Shown here in pieces: positions 51,614 to 55,136 of a stretch of DNA of 55,136 nt (its first letter is position 1; each line of letters starts with the position of its first letter). A program made the position numbers and the translations under genes. Under the pieces are notes generated by a model. The model had not been told where the DNA came from. It saw only the letters and a program-made list of their open reading frames with translations, and searched no databases. The DNA comes from Dictyostelium purpureum (taxonomy: Eukaryota), in contig NW_003519547.1 of assembly GCF_000190715.1 (NCBI RefSeq), positions 1 to 55,136 on the forward strand, written 5' to 3'.

Positions 51614-52804
51614 TTATAATTTCATTGAGTTTACTAATTCTGTACAAATATCTTTATATTTCCAAGTATCTCCGCTTAATCTTTTTAGTTGAATACCTGT
51701 TAGATCTAAATTACTAATCTTGACGATCTCTATTTGGAATTTTACAGAGTTATCTTCGTCAAAACACAAGAAAAGATATGGACCTTTCTTTTTTGTGAAC
51801 AAACCACTTTCTTCTAATGATCTCTTTAATTCGATTATTGTCTTTTCTGGTGATTTGGTTGTTGTTGTTGATGATTTGAAAATTCCTTTTGAAGTTCTGG
51901 GACTTGCCATATGTTGATTCTTTTCGATTAGTGATTGTTGATCTCCATTAAGAATACGTGAATCTAAACTCATTCTTCTAGTTTTTGGTGCTTCAATAAT
52001 TGGTTCTTGTTTATCGATAATCTCCTCTTGAACTTCACCGTTTATTGAACCTAAAGAACCTCTATTAATTATTGGATGAGTATTACTATTGATATCCAGT
52101 TTTTCTATATCATTCTTTATTGATGAATCTTGCTCTGGTAAATTGCCACAATAAAGAGAAGATACGGCAATTGAGTTTCTTCTTGCATATTGTTGTGGCT
52201 GTTCAGTATCACCAGGTTTTATTGATTGATGTTGTTGTAGGGAATAATAGGTTGGTATAGTGTTATCATTATTATTGATGCTATATTGATTATTGTTAAA
52301 AGGCGACGAGGTGGTGCCAATTGTATTTTGCTTTTGTTTTAATTGTTGAAGCTCTAACTCTTGTAATTGCTTTATCTTTTTTTCAATACCGGGGGATTGT
52401 TGTTCACCACTATGAGTTGTAAATTCTGGGTGATAGATATTATATTCGTTAGAGAATTGTTGTAGTTGTTGTTTATTTTTATAATATTCATAGTTTTCAT
52501 CATGCTTTGGAACACCTGGGGCAGAATAGCTCGACTTCATACCTTGAGTTCTATTGGCTTCTTCAGATTCATTACTAGGTTCTGATGATCTTCTAGGAAG
52601 TATAGTTGGCATTTGTTCTTCAATAGATTCTTCATCCTCGATTAAATCCTTTTCTAAATCATCTATATTTACTTCTTTAATAGAATTTTGAGAAGGTGAA
52701 GAGTCATTTGATGATTTCAATTGTTGTGATACTCCATCATTTGAATCTTCTGGGATTGATGCTAATGAGTTCGATGAAGGTGTTTTTTTCTCTGAAAAAG
52801 ATTT
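51614..52804 (-). CDS. MARK-like kinase, exon 3 (S/Q/N-rich spacer + C-terminal KA1 domain); total ~776 aa
   Basis: Intron 52805-52882 (78 nt, ...TAATATTAG); KSFSEKKTPSSNSLASIPEDSNDGVSQQLKSSNDSSPSQ... in frame with track ORF 51614..52720; ends KKGPYLFLCFDEDNSVKFQIEIVKISNLDLTGIQLKRLSGDTWKYKDICTELVNSMKL* (KA1 signature ...FE.E.c.l.......R..Gd.w.yk..c..i...l.L). Confidence 0.8.
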   Translation of the reverse strand, partial: KSFSEKKTPSSNSLASIPEDSNDGVSQQLKSSNDSSPSQNSIKEVNIDDLEKDLIEDEESIEEQMPTILPRRSSEPSNESEEANRTQGMKSSYSAPGVPKHDENYEYYKNKQQLQQFSNEYNIYHPEFTTHSGEQQSPGIEKKIKQLQELELQQLKQKQNTIGTTSSPFNNNQYSINNNDNTIPTYYSLQQHQSIKPGDTEQPQQYARRNSIAVSSLYCGNLPEQDSSIKNDIEKLDINSNTHPIINRGSLGSINGEVQEEIIDKQEPIIEAPKTRRMSLDSRILNGDQQSLIEKNQHMASPRTSKGIFKSSTTTTKSPEKTIIELKRSLEESGLFTKKKGPYLFLCFDEDNSVKFQIEIVKISNLDLTGIQLKRLSGDTWKYKDICTELVNSMKL

Positions 52805-52882
52805 CTAATATTATAAAATTAATATTTTTATTTTTAAAAATATATTTTTTTTTGGATATTAATAAAATAAAATAATATTTAC

Positions 52883-53815
52883 CTTTCTTTTTGATAATAA
52901 TTCTAATTTTGATTTTAAAGATTCGACTTCTTTATGAGCATATCTATCCAATAATAAATGGTATACATTAACTATGCCACAATTTTCGTTTCTTAAAATT
53001 ATTTCTCTTGTTTCGTTTGTATTCGGGAAGCCTAATGAAACCAAATGATTATAAATATCCTCTTTAATTTCGTAAACTGGCTCTCTTGGTGGTAAAAAGG
53101 ATCTTGGTGGTTCATCGTAATCCATATTTGTCCATTTATGTTTTTTTAATTCTTGAATAGTGGCTCTCTTTTTTGGATCTGGTACTATCATTCTACGAAG
53201 AATGCTCACTGCCTCTTGAGTTAAATGGGTTGGGTCTTCATAATTACCATGAACACTATTATAACTAATTTCAGCTTGAGATTCCCCTTCCCATGGCAAA
53301 TTGCCACAAAGCACTGCATACATAATAACACCCAGACTCCATATATCAACTGGTGGGCCTAAATATTTTTCTGCTTTTAATATTTCGGGTGCTGCATATA
53401 ATGGTGAGCCACAAAATGATTCGAGTAGTTTGCCAGGTTGAATATTATTACTTAAACCAAAATCCGAAATTTTTATATTACCCTCTGCATCCAAAAGTAA
53501 GTTTTCTGGTTTTAAATCTCTATGGACAATTAGATTTGCATGGCAGTATTCGATTGCTGATAACATTTGTCTAAAAAATTTTCTTGCTTCTTTTTCTTTT
53601 ATATACTCCCTTGCAACAATGTAATCAAACAGCTCACCACCTGATACGTATTCCACTATTAAATAGGTTACCCCTTCTTCTTCTCTTTTATCAACAACAT
53701 CTAATAGTTTAACAATATTTGGATGGTCTAATAATTTCATAATATCAATTTCTCTGAAACATGTTTCTTTTTGTTTATTTGATAATTTGTTATTTTTAAT
53801 AAATTTAATTGCAAC
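52883..53815 (-). CDS. MARK-like kinase, exon 2 (catalytic domain + UBA-like domain)
   Basis: Intron 53816-53907 (92 nt); VAIKFIKNNKLSNKQKETCFREIDIMKLLDHPNIVKLLDV...HRDLKPENLLLD...DFGLS...GSPLYAAPE...DIWSLGV...; UBA-like EDIYNHLVSLGFPNTNETREIILRNENCGIVNVYHLLLDR; ...ELLSKRK then donor |GTAAAT at 52882; corresponds to track ORF 52859..53740. Confidence 0.8.
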
Positions 53816-53907
53816 CTTTATTTAATTTAAAAAAAAAATTTTTAATAATCAATGATTATAAAAAAAAAAAAAAAAAAATTAAAAAAAAAAAAAATTAAAA
53901 AACATAC

Positions 53908-54114
53908 TGTTTCTTTTGTAAATACATTTGTTCCTAATTTAACCTTTCCAAACGTTCCATTACCCAATGTTTTGCCTACTTCAAATGATCCAACGTGCAT
54001 AATCCTATTTTTTTTTTTCTTTGGTATTATATTACTATCATTATATAAATTGTTGTTGAAAGTTGCAATGACATCTCCATGTGATGTTGACCTGTTTATA
54101 TTGTTATTATCCAT
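53908..54114 (-). CDS. MARK/Par-1/KIN1-like Ser/Thr kinase (AMPK-related), exon 1 of 3
   Basis: ATG at 54114-54112; MDNNNINRSTSHGDVIATFNNNLYNDSNIIPKKKKNRIMHVGSFEVGKTLGNGTFGKVKLGTNVFTKET (Gly-rich loop GNGTFGKV); donor ACA|GTATGT at 53907. Confidence 0.8.
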
Positions 54115-54936
54115 TTTTTCTCTTATTAATAACTATAGTTATAGTATTAATTCAAAAAAACTATTTATATTGTATTTTTATTAATTAAAAATAATAAAAT
54201 TAATATAAAAATAAAAAAATAAAAAATATATTTTATAGATAATATTATTTTTTTTTTATTTTATTTGGTGGTGTGATAAAACAATACAAAGAAAAAACAA
54301 AAAAAAAACGTAAAATAAAAATAATATCATAAAAACTAATGATTTAAAATAAAAATTAAAAAATAAACACTTCAGGAAGAATTTAGTTTTATTGAAAATA
54401 ATATTAAAATTTGCAAAATAAGGTGAAACTATAATTTTAAAAAAAACGATATATTCTTTTGATAATTTTGGTGGTGATTATTTTTATTTTTATTAAAACA
54501 TAACAACAAGAATTTTTAATTTTAATTTTAAAACAATTAAAAAAAATAAAAATAAAACCTTTATAATTTTTTTTTAATATTACAGTTTTCTTTTTGCTTT
54601 TTTTATTTATAATATTAATATTATTCTGAGCTTATGATTATTGGTATTTTTTAATTTGGAAAGTTAAATTAACAAAAAAAAAAAAAAAATTAAAAAAAAA
54701 AATATAAAAAAAAAAAATGAATGAATGAGAGAATCTAAACTTTTTTAATAATAGATATTTCTTTTTAGCTTTTACAAAAAGAAAGAATAGTATAGTTTTT
54801 GTTTTAAAGAACAAACTATAAATGGGTAAACTTCACGATTTTGTGTTTTTATTTCTTTTTACATTTGATTAAAATTTAAACATTAGTGTATAATTGATTA
54901 ACAAAATCTATTAAATTTTTTATGAGCACTAAAAAA

Positions 54937-54975
54937 CTGTGTGGGTGGTGTGGTGTGAGAATTTTTTTAAGGTGT
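54937..54975. promoter_or_regulatory. G-box-like G/T-rich element ctgtgtgggtggtgtggtgtgag
   Basis: Direct reading; resembles the G-box (GBF-binding) consensus of Dictyostelium post-aggregative promoters. It lies ~830 bp upstream of the MARK-like kinase ATG and could also serve a gene beyond the window end. Confidence 0.25.
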
Positions 54976-55136
54976 AACACAATATTTCTTTACTAAAAAA
55001 ATAAAATAATTTAAGCGTACAGGTAAAAAATAAAGGTATATATTTAGGGATTAAGATTTTATAAAATTAAAATATTGCTAACAAAAAAACAAATTAAATT
55101 GATATATGAGTGATATCACTCTTGCTTATTTCTAAA

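Noticed and set aside
49851-54184. ORFs 49851..50033, 51720..51917, 53353..53574, 53852..54184
   Set aside because: These are AT-spacer artefacts or antisense segments of the multi-TM gene and the MARK-like kinase; poly-F/K translations.

Overview
This 55 kb window is very AT-rich eukaryotic nuclear DNA (about 75-80% A+T) with the hallmarks of Dictyostelium discoideum or a close dictyostelid. The evidence for that assignment is: CAA/AAT/GAT codon repeats giving poly-Q/N/D tracts; very short AT-rich introns (60-180 nt, rarely ~350 nt) with GTAAGT/GTATGT/GTAAAT/GTAGGT donors and (A/T)AG acceptors; and Dictyostelium-specific families (discoidin lectin, FNIP-repeat proteins). The window is gene-dense, with roughly 22 protein-coding genes and two tRNA genes. 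The genes I recognise are a RING-SNF2 helicase (RAD5/HLTF-like), an RFC-like AAA+ clamp-loader subunit (ELG1/ATAD5-like), a MYND zinc-finger protein, a large type-I membrane glycoprotein, a 5'-truncated major vault protein paralog, a GST, a CaMK/MLCK-like kinase, an HMG-box plus PHD-finger protein, an AT-hook protein, a 2H-phosphoesterase-like protein, a discoidin-II-like lectin, a thioredoxin-fold membrane protein, a MARK/Par-1-like kinase, and several hypothetical proteins. The most unusual part is the tRNA-Ile locus at 5.2-9.4 kb. It carries a remnant of a hAT-superfamily transposase (hATC dimerisation domain), direct copies of a terminal-repeat-like motif (TAGGGAATAAAATT...), and about 2.7 kb of structured tandem and hairpin repeats. 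A second tRNA locus (Ser-UGA, ~30.3 kb) has an inverted partial tRNA duplicate and retroelement-like debris, and lies next to the truncated vault-protein gene. All exon coordinates were derived by hand (ORF track plus manual splice-site reading) and may be off by a few nt. The 'M' at ORF-track starts is often a TTG/CTG/GTG codon, so I re-located true ATGs where possible. I found no CRISPR arrays and no rRNA genes.
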